In this document: positions 9,301 through 18,635 of the stretch, piece after piece | Layout of the letters: each line of letters opens with the position of its first letter | Numbering within the stretch: position 1 is the stretch's first letter | Assembly (NCBI GenBank): GCA_964430265.1 | Contig: CAYSEI010000001.1 | Span: 254,987 to 318,986, forward strand | Direction of reading: 5' to 3' | Source: an uncultured Pseudomonadales bacterium | Lineage (GTDB): Bacteria; Patescibacteriota; Microgenomatia; UBA1400; CAYXSR01 | DNA length: 64,000 nucleotides | Made by a program: the position numbers and the translations under genes | Notes under the pieces: model-generated | The model's database searches: none | The model's input: only the letters and a program-made list of their open reading frames with translations | Told to the model about the DNA's origin: nothing

Positions 9301-9996
9301 TTATTCTTTTAAGGTATAGCCAAAACCTCTGACAGTGTGGATTAATTGTTTTTCAAAGCCTTCATCTATTTTATCTCTTAAGTAACCAACATATACATCA
9401 ACAATTCTTGTTTCTACATCAGAGTCATAACCCCAGACCCTTTCCAAAATAATATCTCGGGAAAGAACTCTTCCCTTGTTTTGTAAAAGGAATTTCAACA
9501 GTTTAAATTCCTGCGGAGTGAGCTGGATTTCTTTTCCATTTCTGGTAACCTGGATTTTTTCTTCATCCAATTCAAGATCTGCTACAGAGAAAATATTGTT
9601 AACCGTTTGTTTGGCAGTCAGTCTTGCTTTTACTCTTGTAAGCAATTGTCTATTGTCTAAGGGTTTAGTAACAAAATCATTTGCACCGCACTTAAACTTT
9701 TGTACTACACTGTCAACACTTTGTTCTTCAAGAATAAGGATAATGGGAATTTCAGGATAGTCTCTGGTAAATGCCCAACAGGCACTATCACCGGATATTC
9801 CTTTAACATTCCAGGACATTAAAATCAGGTTGGGTGTGTTTTTTTCAATAATATGTAATGCATCACTGGCACTGGAGGTTTTAGCCACTTGATATCCATT
9901 ATCTTGCAGAAGATTTTTAATATAGCGGCGTATATTCTGATCTTTTTCTATAATTAATATTCTTTTCATCTTTTGCTTACTAGACTTTTCTAACAC
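9301..9996 (-). CDS. OmpR/PhoB-family winged-helix response regulator with an atypical receiver domain
   Basis: C-terminal trans_reg_C winged helix (…RVWGYD…LRDKID…IHTVRGFGYTLKE). The N-terminal receiver fold places Ser at the usual phospho-Asp position (LILMSWNVKG). The likely start is MKRILII. Confidence 0.8.
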   Translation of the reverse strand: MLEKSSKQKMKRILIIEKDQNIRRYIKNLLQDNGYQVAKTSSASDALHIIEKNTPNLILMSWNVKGISGDSACWAFTRDYPEIPIILILEEQSVDSVVQKFKCGANDFVTKPLDNRQLLTRVKARLTAKQTVNNIFSVADLELDEEKIQVTRNGKEIQLTPQEFKLLKFLLQNKGRVLSRDIILERVWGYDSDVETRIVDVYVGYLRDKIDEGFEKQLIHTVRGFGYTLKE

Positions 9997-10115
9997 TCTT
10001 AATTATTTCTCTTATTATACTAAATTACGTTTTTTACAACAATTAAAGTTTCTTACATAATTCTTGCAATTTTCACAAACAAGTTTAAATATAAACATAT
10101 ATTCTAATAATTATT

Positions 10116-11273
10116 ATGAGTAAATTTGACAAAATAATTGACAATTTAATAAACAAAGAAGACAACAAAAAAAAGTTTCTTTCTTTGTATTTCCCAATTA
10201 ATGACTATACAAAAAAACAAGCGCAAAAAAGAATTTCTTCGCTAGTTGAAAAAGGGTTTAAAAACAACAAGTCTTTAAATAACTTATCTAATCTTCACAG
10301 TAAAGTTGCTGACAATCTCGCGCAGGAATTTATCAATCTAAAAGCTGTTAATAAGGGTGTAGGTATATTTGCTGAATTTTTTGTAGATACAAAAAACAAA
10401 GGCAAAAAAACGGAGATAGAAGATGTTGAAATAGTAACCTTTGCAAGATCTCCTAAAAAAAAGATCTTTATTGGAAATATTTATGATTTAGACCAGCTTG
10501 TCTGGATCAGCAATCTAGAAATTGATGCATTGGTAATAGATTTGCACAGAAAAAAATGCTTGATATATCTGTTTGAAGAGAATGATTTAGAACTGTTAAC
10601 AAGTATTGAAAATGAATTTATTGATTTTAAAGAACCGGAAACTATGTACAAGCCGCCGATTTTAGCAGACAAGATATTTTACAGTCCCGGATCAAACAAA
10701 GTAGAAAAAGAAAAACAAAAAGAAAACAGATTTTTTTTAAATGCAATATTGGAAGAAATCCAGGAAAACAAACAGTTAAGACAAAAATTTAGATACTTAC
10801 TACTTTTTTATTCAGAAAGATATTCAGAATTTGTTAATGGATTTTCTAAACACAGCGGAATAAAATGTTCATTCAAACCAATAACTATAAAAAAACATCC
10901 CGGATTGCAAAAAAAACATAAGTTTGAAAAAATCGTTTTAAGAAAAATTAGAAAATATCAAAAACAAAAAGCAAAAGAGCTCTTTTCCTTGGCTAAAGAA
11001 GATTATCTGCATTATAAAGAAGGTTGGAAAGATGTTTTAAAAGCGGCAAATAAAGGGAAGATTGAACACCTTTTTATACAGCCTTATGTAAAAAAACAAG
11101 GATATTTTAAAAATGATTTGCTATACTTGAATAAGCAAGATAAAGCAAGAAAAATAAATAATCTTGGACCTTGGTTGGTAAAAAGCGTAATTAAAAAGGG
11201 TGGTAAAATAGTTATTATAAAAAAAGACTGGTTTAAAGAAGTACCAGAAGTTACAGCAAAGTTGAGGTTTTAA
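10116..11273 (+). CDS. eRF1/Pelota-like (baeRF-type) protein, no GGQ motif
   Basis: 385 aa. The C-terminal region resembles eRF1/Dom34 domain 3 (…KGKIEHLFI…KGGKIVIIKKDWFKEVPEVTAKLRF). Its stop is immediately followed by the hpf ATG (TAAATG). Confidence 0.5.
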   Translation: MSKFDKIIDNLINKEDNKKKFLSLYFPINDYTKKQAQKRISSLVEKGFKNNKSLNNLSNLHSKVADNLAQEFINLKAVNKGVGIFAEFFVDTKNKGKKTEIEDVEIVTFARSPKKKIFIGNIYDLDQLVWISNLEIDALVIDLHRKKCLIYLFEENDLELLTSIENEFIDFKEPETMYKPPILADKIFYSPGSNKVEKEKQKENRFFLNAILEEIQENKQLRQKFRYLLLFYSERYSEFVNGFSKHSGIKCSFKPITIKKHPGLQKKHKFEKIVLRKIRKYQKQKAKELFSLAKEDYLHYKEGWKDVLKAANKGKIEHLFIQPYVKKQGYFKNDLLYLNKQDKARKINNLGPWLVKSVIKKGGKIVIIKKDWFKEVPEVTAKLRF

Positions 11274-11588
11274 ATGAAAATACAAATACAGCCTGAAGAT
11301 TTTAAACTAGAATCATATATGGAAGATGCAATATATGAAAAACTTGCCCGACCAATAAACAAGCTTTTAAGCGGATTTAACTTTGATCATGACACGTTGC
11401 TTACTACTATTAGAATTGAAAAAGGTCATCTCTGGGGATTTAAGATTAGCTGGAGCATGAACCTACCCAAGAAAAAACATATATATGCTGAATCCAAGGA
11501 TAAGGACTTTGTAAAAGCAACAACCAAGTTAAGAGAAGAAATTGAAAAACAGGTCAGCCGGTATAAAGATAAAGTTCGTAAGCATTAA
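11274..11588 (+). CDS. hpf: ribosome hibernation promoting factor (short HPF/RaiA type)
   Basis: 104 aa with a beta-alpha-beta-beta-beta-alpha pattern and a conserved C-terminus (…TKLREEIEKQVSRYKDKVRKH) typical of HPF/YfiA. Confidence 0.8.
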   Translation: MKIQIQPEDFKLESYMEDAIYEKLARPINKLLSGFNFDHDTLLTTIRIEKGHLWGFKISWSMNLPKKKHIYAESKDKDFVKATTKLREEIEKQVSRYKDKVRKH

Positions 11589-11649
11589 AACCATTAGCTT
11601 AAAAAAGACTAAGCTTGAATTCAATAACTGTTATTTTATATAAATATAT

Positions 11650-12255
11650 ATGGCTTCTAAAAAAGAAAAACTAAAAAAAATACGTGAACAGGTATGGAAT
11701 CTTGAAGAATCTTCTTTATATAAGTACCGCAAGAAAAATAGTTATTATCCTGTACTTGGACAGGGAAATCATGATGCAGACATTATGTTTATTGGAGAAG
11801 CACCTGGAAGAAATGAAGCGGAGTCAGGTATCCCTTTTTGTGGTGCTGCTGGAAAAATATTGGATAAACTTCTGAATTCAGTAGATATAAACAGGGAAGA
11901 TGTATATATTACCAATATTGTTAAAGACCGTCCTCCGGGAAACCGTGATCCCAAGCCGGGAGAAATTGAACTTTACGCCCCTTTTCTAGTCAAGCAGATA
12001 AGAATAATTAAGCCACAGATTATTGCTACATTAGGCAGATTTTCTATGGAATTTGTGATGAAGCTTTTTGGCCTGGAAGATAAACTAGATAAAATAAGCA
12101 GTCTGCACGGAAGGGTTTTTGAGGCCCAAGCCCAATACGGAACTATTAATATAGTACCTCTTTATCATCCGGCAGTGGCAATTTATAATCGGAACCAATT
12201 CCCTACTCTTAAGAGTGACTTTGAGATTTTAATAAATCTTGTGGATCTGGTCTAA
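11650..12255 (+). CDS. uracil-DNA glycosylase, family 4
   Basis: Family-4 motif GEAPG within MFIGEAPGRNEAESGIPFCGAAG. The C-terminal HPAV matches the HPS/A motif. Confidence 0.8.
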   Translation: MASKKEKLKKIREQVWNLEESSLYKYRKKNSYYPVLGQGNHDADIMFIGEAPGRNEAESGIPFCGAAGKILDKLLNSVDINREDVYITNIVKDRPPGNRDPKPGEIELYAPFLVKQIRIIKPQIIATLGRFSMEFVMKLFGLEDKLDKISSLHGRVFEAQAQYGTINIVPLYHPAVAIYNRNQFPTLKSDFEILINLVDLV

Positions 12256-12295
12256 ATATTTTTTCGCACCTAGATTATATTTAATTTAAATCTAC

Positions 12296-13741
12296 TTGCA
12301 AACTAAGCGAAATTATTTATACTTACAAATTACCTATTGCATCCTGGCCTATAATTTTGTAGAGTTAATATTGGTGCCAAAAAAACACTACAAAGCAATC
12401 ATTGTTGGTGCAGGACCTGCCGGATTATTTGCCGCTTACGAATTAGCCCAAAAATCAAACTTTAAAGACGAAATTCTTATTTTAGAAAAAGGGAAAGATC
12501 TTTCGAATAGGAAGAAAAAGGAGACCTTATGTGGTGTAGGCGGTGCAGGTACCTTTTCCGACGGTAAGTTACACTTTACTCCGGTCCTCTCTCACGAAAA
12601 GCTACTGGACATTTTTTCTGTTGAAGAATACCAGGAAAAAATTGATTATGTAGACAAGTTATTTAATGATTTTGGTGTTGATTCTGAATATACACCTCAA
12701 AATTACAAAGAGGCCCAAAATCTTGTTAAGTTTTGTCAGAGGAGTGGTGTGCATTTGTATTTACGCAGATGCAAGCATATTGGAAGCGATAAACTTCCAG
12801 GAATTATGAAGGATTTGGTAAAAAAATTAAGAAAAGAAGGAGTGACAATTAAAACAGAGACCGAGGTTAAAGAAATACTCAAGAAAAGAAACAAAATATC
12901 CGGAATAAAAGCAGAAGATAAGGTTTATACAGCTGACAATTATATTGTTGCTCCGGGAAGAGTGGGTGCCAAATGGCTGCAGGAACAGGCAAGAAAGATT
13001 TTCCTTGCTTACTCTTATCAAAAAGTTGAAATCGGGGTAAGGGTTGAGTTTCCTGCAGGAATTATGGAGGAACATTCAAAAATAATGCATGAGAATATCT
13101 ATTCAGTTCGTACTCCAACATATGATGATATTGTTAGGACATTCTGCCCCTGTCCTAACGGCAGGGTTGCGATAGAAGACTATGGTGAATATGTTTCTGT
13201 AAATGGATACTCGAATTCAAACGGAGATTCCAAAAATTCAAATTTTGATCTAGCCACTGAAGTACAATTAACAGAACCTGTTGAGAATACGACAGATTAT
13301 GCAGTGTCAATTGCTAAAGTAGCTACCACAATTGGAGGCGGTAAGCCTTTGCTGCAAAGGTTGGCGGACTTAAAAGCGGGTAGGCGTAGTACTTGGAAGC
13401 GAATCCACCGTTCCTATGTAATCCCTTCCTTAAAAGAAGTGACACCTGGTGATATTTCCATGGCTCTTCCCCACAGGACCGTGACAAACCTTTTGGAAGG
13501 TTTAAGTATTTTAGACCGTGTTCTTCCTGGTTTGGACAGCGGATCCACCTTGATATATGCACCAGAAGTAAAATTAAGAGGTAATAGGATTAAAATTAAC
13601 AGGAATATGCAAACTGATATTAAAAATCTTTATGTTGCTGGTGACGGCGCTGGTTGTTCGGGAAACATTGTTGGTGCTGCTGTGTCAGGAATTTTTGCTG
13701 CCAAAGGTTTGATTAACAAAGAAAAAAATAAAACAAAATAA
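12296..13741 (+). CDS. FAD-dependent dehydrogenase (COG2509-like)
   Basis: Rossmann dinucleotide motif IIVGAGPAGLFAA and GVGGAGTFSDGKL. The true start may be a non-ATG codon downstream of 12296. Confidence 0.65.
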   Translation: MQTKRNYLYLQITYCILAYNFVELILVPKKHYKAIIVGAGPAGLFAAYELAQKSNFKDEILILEKGKDLSNRKKKETLCGVGGAGTFSDGKLHFTPVLSHEKLLDIFSVEEYQEKIDYVDKLFNDFGVDSEYTPQNYKEAQNLVKFCQRSGVHLYLRRCKHIGSDKLPGIMKDLVKKLRKEGVTIKTETEVKEILKKRNKISGIKAEDKVYTADNYIVAPGRVGAKWLQEQARKIFLAYSYQKVEIGVRVEFPAGIMEEHSKIMHENIYSVRTPTYDDIVRTFCPCPNGRVAIEDYGEYVSVNGYSNSNGDSKNSNFDLATEVQLTEPVENTTDYAVSIAKVATTIGGGKPLLQRLADLKAGRRSTWKRIHRSYVIPSLKEVTPGDISMALPHRTVTNLLEGLSILDRVLPGLDSGSTLIYAPEVKLRGNRIKINRNMQTDIKNLYVAGDGAGCSGNIVGAAVSGIFAAKGLINKEKNKTK

Positions 13742-13814
13742 AGCAAAAATATAATAAATATTCTTCTCTAAAAGTTGTAAATTTCCTTCATATTGAGTAA
13801 AATATATATTTAAT

Positions 13815-13889
13815 GTCGGCGTAGCTCAGTTCGGATAGAGCAACTGCCTTCTAAGCAGTAGGTCGCGGGTTCAAATCCTGCCGCCGACA
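13815..13889 (+). tRNA. tRNA-Arg(TCT)
   Basis: Acceptor gtcggcg/cgccgac, anticodon stem actgc/gcagt, loop cttctaa, T-loop ttcaaat. Confidence 0.8.
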
Positions 13890-13892
13890 CAA

Positions 13893-15275
13893 TTAATAGG
13901 ATTGATATCTTAATTCATATAAGCGAAACATTTTTCTTTTGTTATTAACTTCTCCGATAAACTCTAAACATGAACTGTTAGCTACTTGTGCAAACTCCAA
14001 AAAATCTCTAAGTAAAAATGATGAACCATTAGGAAAAACCCTGCGCAGCATTACATCTTTAAATTCCAATATTTTTTCATGAACAATCTGTTCATAAACA
14101 TATCTCAATATATCTTCCGTGGAAAAATCAGATTTACCAGCTTCTTTGACCATTTTTATTGCAGGTGCTATCAAGTCTTCAACTTGAGGAATTCTTTTGT
14201 TTTGTTTTCCAAGATAAAGGCCTTGTTTTAATCCGCGAAAGAAATATTTCATTAGCATAACAGAAGTGGAAGCATTTACCTCAGGCATTAATGCCAGTTG
14301 TCTTAAGATAGTTTTAAATAGTTCTAACTGAGACAACTCACTTCTAGCATAAGCTTCATACGTTCTAAAAACATCCCTTAAAAAGGGTTGTTTAATGTTT
14401 GGTCCTAATAAATAGCTTGAACCAATTTCAATTTTTGGGCTCTGAGGAGCTTGATCATAACTAAAACAGATAAGATCATCTCTTTTTGTATGAGAATCTA
14501 AATCTCTTAAGTTAGCTGTTCCTCCCATCATTTCAATTCTAACTCCGCATTTGTAAGGATAAAGTCTTGCAACAAAATTATTCTGTGAATTTTGGGCATA
14601 ACCTTCTGGATGAGAAGTGACAATGGATTCAACTATTCTGCATTCTGGTTCTTTAATTGTTTTTAGATATCCTTTAACCAGCCACGGATATTTTTCTCTT
14701 TCTTTATCTGAAATGTCCCAATATCTGTTTTCTTCATTTTCACCGTGTAAAAAACGTTGAAATGTTTCTTTGTCAACAATCCCACCTCTTCTTCCAAACC
14801 AATAAGGACTTGACTTCATTTCAGCAGCACTGCCAAAAGAAGTAGAAATGCCAACTGAATAACCTTCTTGATACTGAGCCTCTACTCTACGGGCAACTTT
14901 TTCGGGTTCACCTCTTGCAAATACTTGTTTTGTAAAAGAAAGATGGGGATAGCACATTGCTATAAGACCAACAATTTCATGCGCTTTACCTTTTTTGGTC
15001 TTTGCACTTAGGCCAAACTGAGGTTTACCATAACATTCAGGATCAATCACTCCTCGGAGAGCCTTTTCTTTTGCTCTTCTTTCCAATGTCTGTATAAAAG
15101 GTAGAAAGCGGTTGTTATCACTGATGTAAATACAATCATTACATCCCTTTGTTTCGCTTGTGCCAAGATAAAAAGGAACTTTACTGCTATATCCAGTATC
15201 ACTATAGTCTATTGCTCGTTCGTATTCAGAAATACATCTGGATAGATGGTTGGGCGCAAGAGTTTCGGCATGCAT
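13893..15275 (-). CDS. hypothetical protein, 460 aa, no recognisable family
   Basis: Long uninterrupted ORF in the same orientation as the upstream Elp3 and CapA genes, 40 nt downstream of them. Its composition is richer in R/Y/G than the neighbouring genes. Confidence 0.55.
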   Translation of the reverse strand: MHAETLAPNHLSRCISEYERAIDYSDTGYSSKVPFYLGTSETKGCNDCIYISDNNRFLPFIQTLERRAKEKALRGVIDPECYGKPQFGLSAKTKKGKAHEIVGLIAMCYPHLSFTKQVFARGEPEKVARRVEAQYQEGYSVGISTSFGSAAEMKSSPYWFGRRGGIVDKETFQRFLHGENEENRYWDISDKEREKYPWLVKGYLKTIKEPECRIVESIVTSHPEGYAQNSQNNFVARLYPYKCGVRIEMMGGTANLRDLDSHTKRDDLICFSYDQAPQSPKIEIGSSYLLGPNIKQPFLRDVFRTYEAYARSELSQLELFKTILRQLALMPEVNASTSVMLMKYFFRGLKQGLYLGKQNKRIPQVEDLIAPAIKMVKEAGKSDFSTEDILRYVYEQIVHEKILEFKDVMLRRVFPNGSSFLLRDFLEFAQVANSSCLEFIGEVNNKRKMFRLYELRYQSY

Positions 15276-15315
15276 AATTAAATTATTGTAAATATACCAA
15301 AAATTTACCGAAAAT

Positions 15316-16329
15316 TCAATTAGAATTAAGTTTTAACCTACTCAAAATTTTTTCTTTTTTTTGTGCGTTTTTGACAATCTCTGGTTGCGAGTAATCTTTT
15401 ATATAAACGGGAATAAACTCATAATCAACAAGTTGACTTCCATCAAAGTAATATTTGCCAATTACCCCTTCTCTAGTTTTTTCCGACCACATTTGGTCAA
15501 ATATAAAATTACCATGAGCATAAACAATCAACTTATTTTTATATAGCTCATTACTTTGTACTACATGTGGATGGTTACCAATGATTAAATCAGAGCCATT
15601 GTCAATTGCAAGATGTGCAAATTCTTTTTGTTTCCAATTTGGCTCAAAAGCATACTCATTCCCCCAGTGAAAGCTTACAACAGTAATATCCGCACTATTT
15701 TCCGCTTCTTTGATTTGTTCAATAATTTTTTCTTTATTACCAGGGATACCGACTATATTGTATCCCAGAAAAGCAATTTTTGTTCCTTTTATTTCTTTTA
15801 CTAAAAGATTGTTTATTCCTGAATAATCAATACCATTTTTCTCAAGAATATCTATAGTCTCTGCTAGACCCTTTTTACCGTAGTTGTAAATATGGTTGTT
15901 AGCTAAATTGGCAATATCAATCCCCGCATAAGATAATCCCTTAACATTTTCTGCAGCGCCACAAAAAATCATTCCTTCATTTGTAATCGGACAGTTTTTT
16001 ATTAAAGGCCCCTCCAAATTTATCAGGGTCAAATCAGCGCTTTTTAAAAGATCTGCAGTTTTTTCAAAAGGGTAATAAACAGAATTATTTTTCATTTTGA
16101 AATTCACTGTTCTGACTAACCCAACATCTCCAGTAGCAACCAATGTAAACTTTTTGTTTGGGGAAGGAGAAGGATGTGCAAAATTTATACTCTTTTTTAC
16201 AGAGGCTTGTGGAGAGATGATTTCTACCTCTTTATTATTTAAATTTAAAAAAAATTCTGAATTGAAAGAATATACCAAAGCTGCTAAAAAAATTAAAACA
16301 ACAAAAAACACCCAGACTATTTTTTTCAT
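15316..16329 (-). CDS. CapA/PGA_cap family metallophosphatase-like protein
   Basis: N-terminal signal/TM and the PGA_cap pattern (ATGDVGL…NLEGPL…VVSFHWGNEY…IIGNHPHVVQ…YAHGNFIFDQ). Overlaps Elp3 by 4 nt. Confidence 0.75.
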   Translation of the reverse strand: MKKIVWVFFVVLIFLAALVYSFNSEFFLNLNNKEVEIISPQASVKKSINFAHPSPSPNKKFTLVATGDVGLVRTVNFKMKNNSVYYPFEKTADLLKSADLTLINLEGPLIKNCPITNEGMIFCGAAENVKGLSYAGIDIANLANNHIYNYGKKGLAETIDILEKNGIDYSGINNLLVKEIKGTKIAFLGYNIVGIPGNKEKIIEQIKEAENSADITVVSFHWGNEYAFEPNWKQKEFAHLAIDNGSDLIIGNHPHVVQSNELYKNKLIVYAHGNFIFDQMWSEKTREGVIGKYYFDGSQLVDYEFIPVYIKDYSQPEIVKNAQKKEKILSRLKLNSN

Positions 16330-17924
16330 AATTCTTTCACCATATATGTGCCTTCTTGTTTGTATCCCAGTTTTCTATAATATTCCCGTACGCCTATTCC
16401 AGAGATCACTGCAATTTTATTTATCCCCTTTTCTTTAACAATTTTTTCGGCTTTTTTAATCAGTTTTCTTCCTAAACCTTTATGCTGCGGAGATTGTTTT
16501 TTCCCTGCTTTAATTGGCAGTGCCAGTCCATATGTGTGCAGTTCCCTAATAATTGCTGCATCCTGAAGCTCAGGTATAAAGTGCTTTTCATTCTCTTTTA
16601 TCTGTTCAGTTATGCGTAGCCTTAAAAGTGCATAAAGCTGATTTTTTTTGTTTACGTACTGCAAGAAGTATTCATCCCCACCGCTTGCTGTGTAAGCAGT
16701 TTTTTTGTATTTAATTTTTTCTAAAGGATTGTAATCCTTTCTTATCTCCCTACAGCGTATGCAGTGGCACACTAAATTTTTTTGTTTTAGCCTTTTCTGA
16801 ACTACCTGACGGATATTGGATATTTTGGTTCCAGCGGCAATATTACCTGCTGGAATATCCCTGCCCAACCTATTAATCCTTACCCATTCAGGAATACTCT
16901 TTTCTTTTATATCTGTAATCAGTTTAATCAATTCTTTGTCATTGTACGGTTCAAATTTACCTTGTTTAAACCATTTATAAAGTTCAGCTTGGTAAGTAAC
17001 CACAGTAGGATATATTTTTATCATGTCTGGTTTAAAGCGATTGTCATTAAAAACAGTTTCAAACATTTTTAAATCTCTTTTTAAACTGCTTCCGGGCAGA
17101 TCAGGCATCAAGTGGTAACAAATCTTAAACCCAGACTCCTTAAGCAGCCTGGTTGCTTCCACAGTCTCTTCTACCCCATGTCCCCTATTTACTTTTTGCA
17201 AAACGTCATTGTAGATTGACTGTACACCAATTTCTACCCTTGTTCCGCCCAACTGACGCATTTTTTTAATTGTTTCCGGGTTAATCTCGTCAGGTCTAGT
17301 TTCCAAGGTAACACCAATAATCCTATTTTCAGCTGTCTCATTTATTTTCTTTGCTTCATCTAATGAATCACTTTCTTTTTGGTTGGCTGCATCAAAACAC
17401 CTTTTTAAAAATTCTTTTTGGTAGTTCCAAGGTAAATAGGTAAAGGTTCCGCCCATAACAATCAGCTCAATTTTTTCAACTGAATGTCCTGTTGCCTGCA
17501 GCTGTTTGATTCTTCTTGATACCTGAAGATGGGGATCAAAACCGGCCATGTCAGCCCGCATCACTGCCGGCTCATCATCTAAATAGCTTTTAGGCATGTC
17601 TTTTTGTGTTGGACAGTAAACACAATTGCCAGGACATGGGTAAGGTTTTGTTAATACAGCTATCGGCACAATTCCAGACAAACTCCTAACACTTTTTAGC
17701 CTTAAAAGGGTTTCCATTTGCTGGTTTTCCTCTAAACTTCCTTTATTTACCATTTGACGGTAAACTTTAAGTACTTTGGAGTTTTTAGGCATGTACCCTG
17801 TTTTTTTGGCAAGTTCACGCTTATAACTCTCTAGATTTTTCTGGGTATATTTGTCTTTTTTGATAAACTCAGAAATTAATTGTTTTAGTAATTTATTGTT
17901 TTGGTTCATTTTTGATAAAATCAT
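16326..17924 (-). CDS. Elp3-like radical-SAM/GNAT tRNA uridine(34) carboxymethyl-precursor acetyltransferase
   Basis: Radical SAM cysteine cluster CPGNCVYCP and a C-terminal GNAT domain (…SGIGVREYYRKLGY…). At 532 aa its length matches Elp3. Confidence 0.8.
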   Translation of the reverse strand: MILSKMNQNNKLLKQLISEFIKKDKYTQKNLESYKRELAKKTGYMPKNSKVLKVYRQMVNKGSLEENQQMETLLRLKSVRSLSGIVPIAVLTKPYPCPGNCVYCPTQKDMPKSYLDDEPAVMRADMAGFDPHLQVSRRIKQLQATGHSVEKIELIVMGGTFTYLPWNYQKEFLKRCFDAANQKESDSLDEAKKINETAENRIIGVTLETRPDEINPETIKKMRQLGGTRVEIGVQSIYNDVLQKVNRGHGVEETVEATRLLKESGFKICYHLMPDLPGSSLKRDLKMFETVFNDNRFKPDMIKIYPTVVTYQAELYKWFKQGKFEPYNDKELIKLITDIKEKSIPEWVRINRLGRDIPAGNIAAGTKISNIRQVVQKRLKQKNLVCHCIRCREIRKDYNPLEKIKYKKTAYTASGGDEYFLQYVNKKNQLYALLRLRITEQIKENEKHFIPELQDAAIIRELHTYGLALPIKAGKKQSPQHKGLGRKLIKKAEKIVKEKGINKIAVISGIGVREYYRKLGYKQEGTYMVKEL

Positions 17925-17927
17925 AAT

Positions 17928-18620
17928 ATGAAAAAGAACAGAAAAATGATTAATCGTATGCTGCGTAATTATACCATCATTGCCAAGGATTTTAGCCAGA
18001 CCAGAAGCAAAGTTCTTTGGCCTGAGTTGCAGGACTTTCTAAAATATGTCGGTAAAAATGACAAGGTTTTGGATATTGGCTGCGGCAATGCACGTATATA
18101 CAAAGCTATGAAGAAAAAAAACATTCATTATACAGGAATTGATTTTGTTTCCAATTTTATTGAGGAAAATAAACAAAAATACCCCAATGCAAAATTTAAG
18201 CTGGTTGATATAACCAAAAAGCAGTCCTGGGGAAGAGTTAAAAACAAATTTGACGTAATTTTTTGTGTAGCTGTTTTGCATCATATTCCAAGCAAAAACT
18301 TACACAATCTGATAATAGAAAATATACATAAAAGACTAAAAGATAAAGGAGTTTTAATACTGACAGTCTGGAACCTCTGGCAAAACAGATTTATATCCAA
18401 ACACATTAAACAAATACCCAGAAAAATCACTTCCGGATTCAATCCCAAATGGATATGGGTGCCATATAGGATTTCAGACGGAGAAAAAGTTATTAAAGAA
18501 GTTGAAAGATTTCATTATGCATTTAAACATCAAGAAATACAAAAGCTTCTTGAGAAAAACAAATTCAAAATATTGGAAACAACAACAGGCAGAAATCTTT
18601 GTTTTGCAGCCCAAAAGTAG
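17928..18620 (+). CDS. Trm9-like class I SAM-dependent tRNA methyltransferase
   Basis: Trm9/ALKBH8-type motifs: FSQTR…WP, DIGCGNARIY and FDVIFCVAVLHHIPS…VLILTVWNL. It is divergently adjacent to Elp3. Confidence 0.65.
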   Translation: MKKNRKMINRMLRNYTIIAKDFSQTRSKVLWPELQDFLKYVGKNDKVLDIGCGNARIYKAMKKKNIHYTGIDFVSNFIEENKQKYPNAKFKLVDITKKQSWGRVKNKFDVIFCVAVLHHIPSKNLHNLIIENIHKRLKDKGVLILTVWNLWQNRFISKHIKQIPRKITSGFNPKWIWVPYRISDGEKVIKEVERFHYAFKHQEIQKLLEKNKFKILETTTGRNLCFAAQK

Positions 18621-18635
18621 TATAATGTTAAGTAT

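Noticed and set aside
11589-11649. Possible terminator hairpin agctta…taagct after hpf
   Set aside because: Only a 6-bp AT-rich stem with an 8-nt loop and no clear U-run, so too weak to call.
13893-15275. Possible RtcB RNA ligase identity for the 460-aa protein
   Set aside because: Only a vague MMGGT segment resembles the RtcB GSMGT motif. The conserved His/Cys metal ligands and HGAGR motif are absent. Left as a hypothetical protein.
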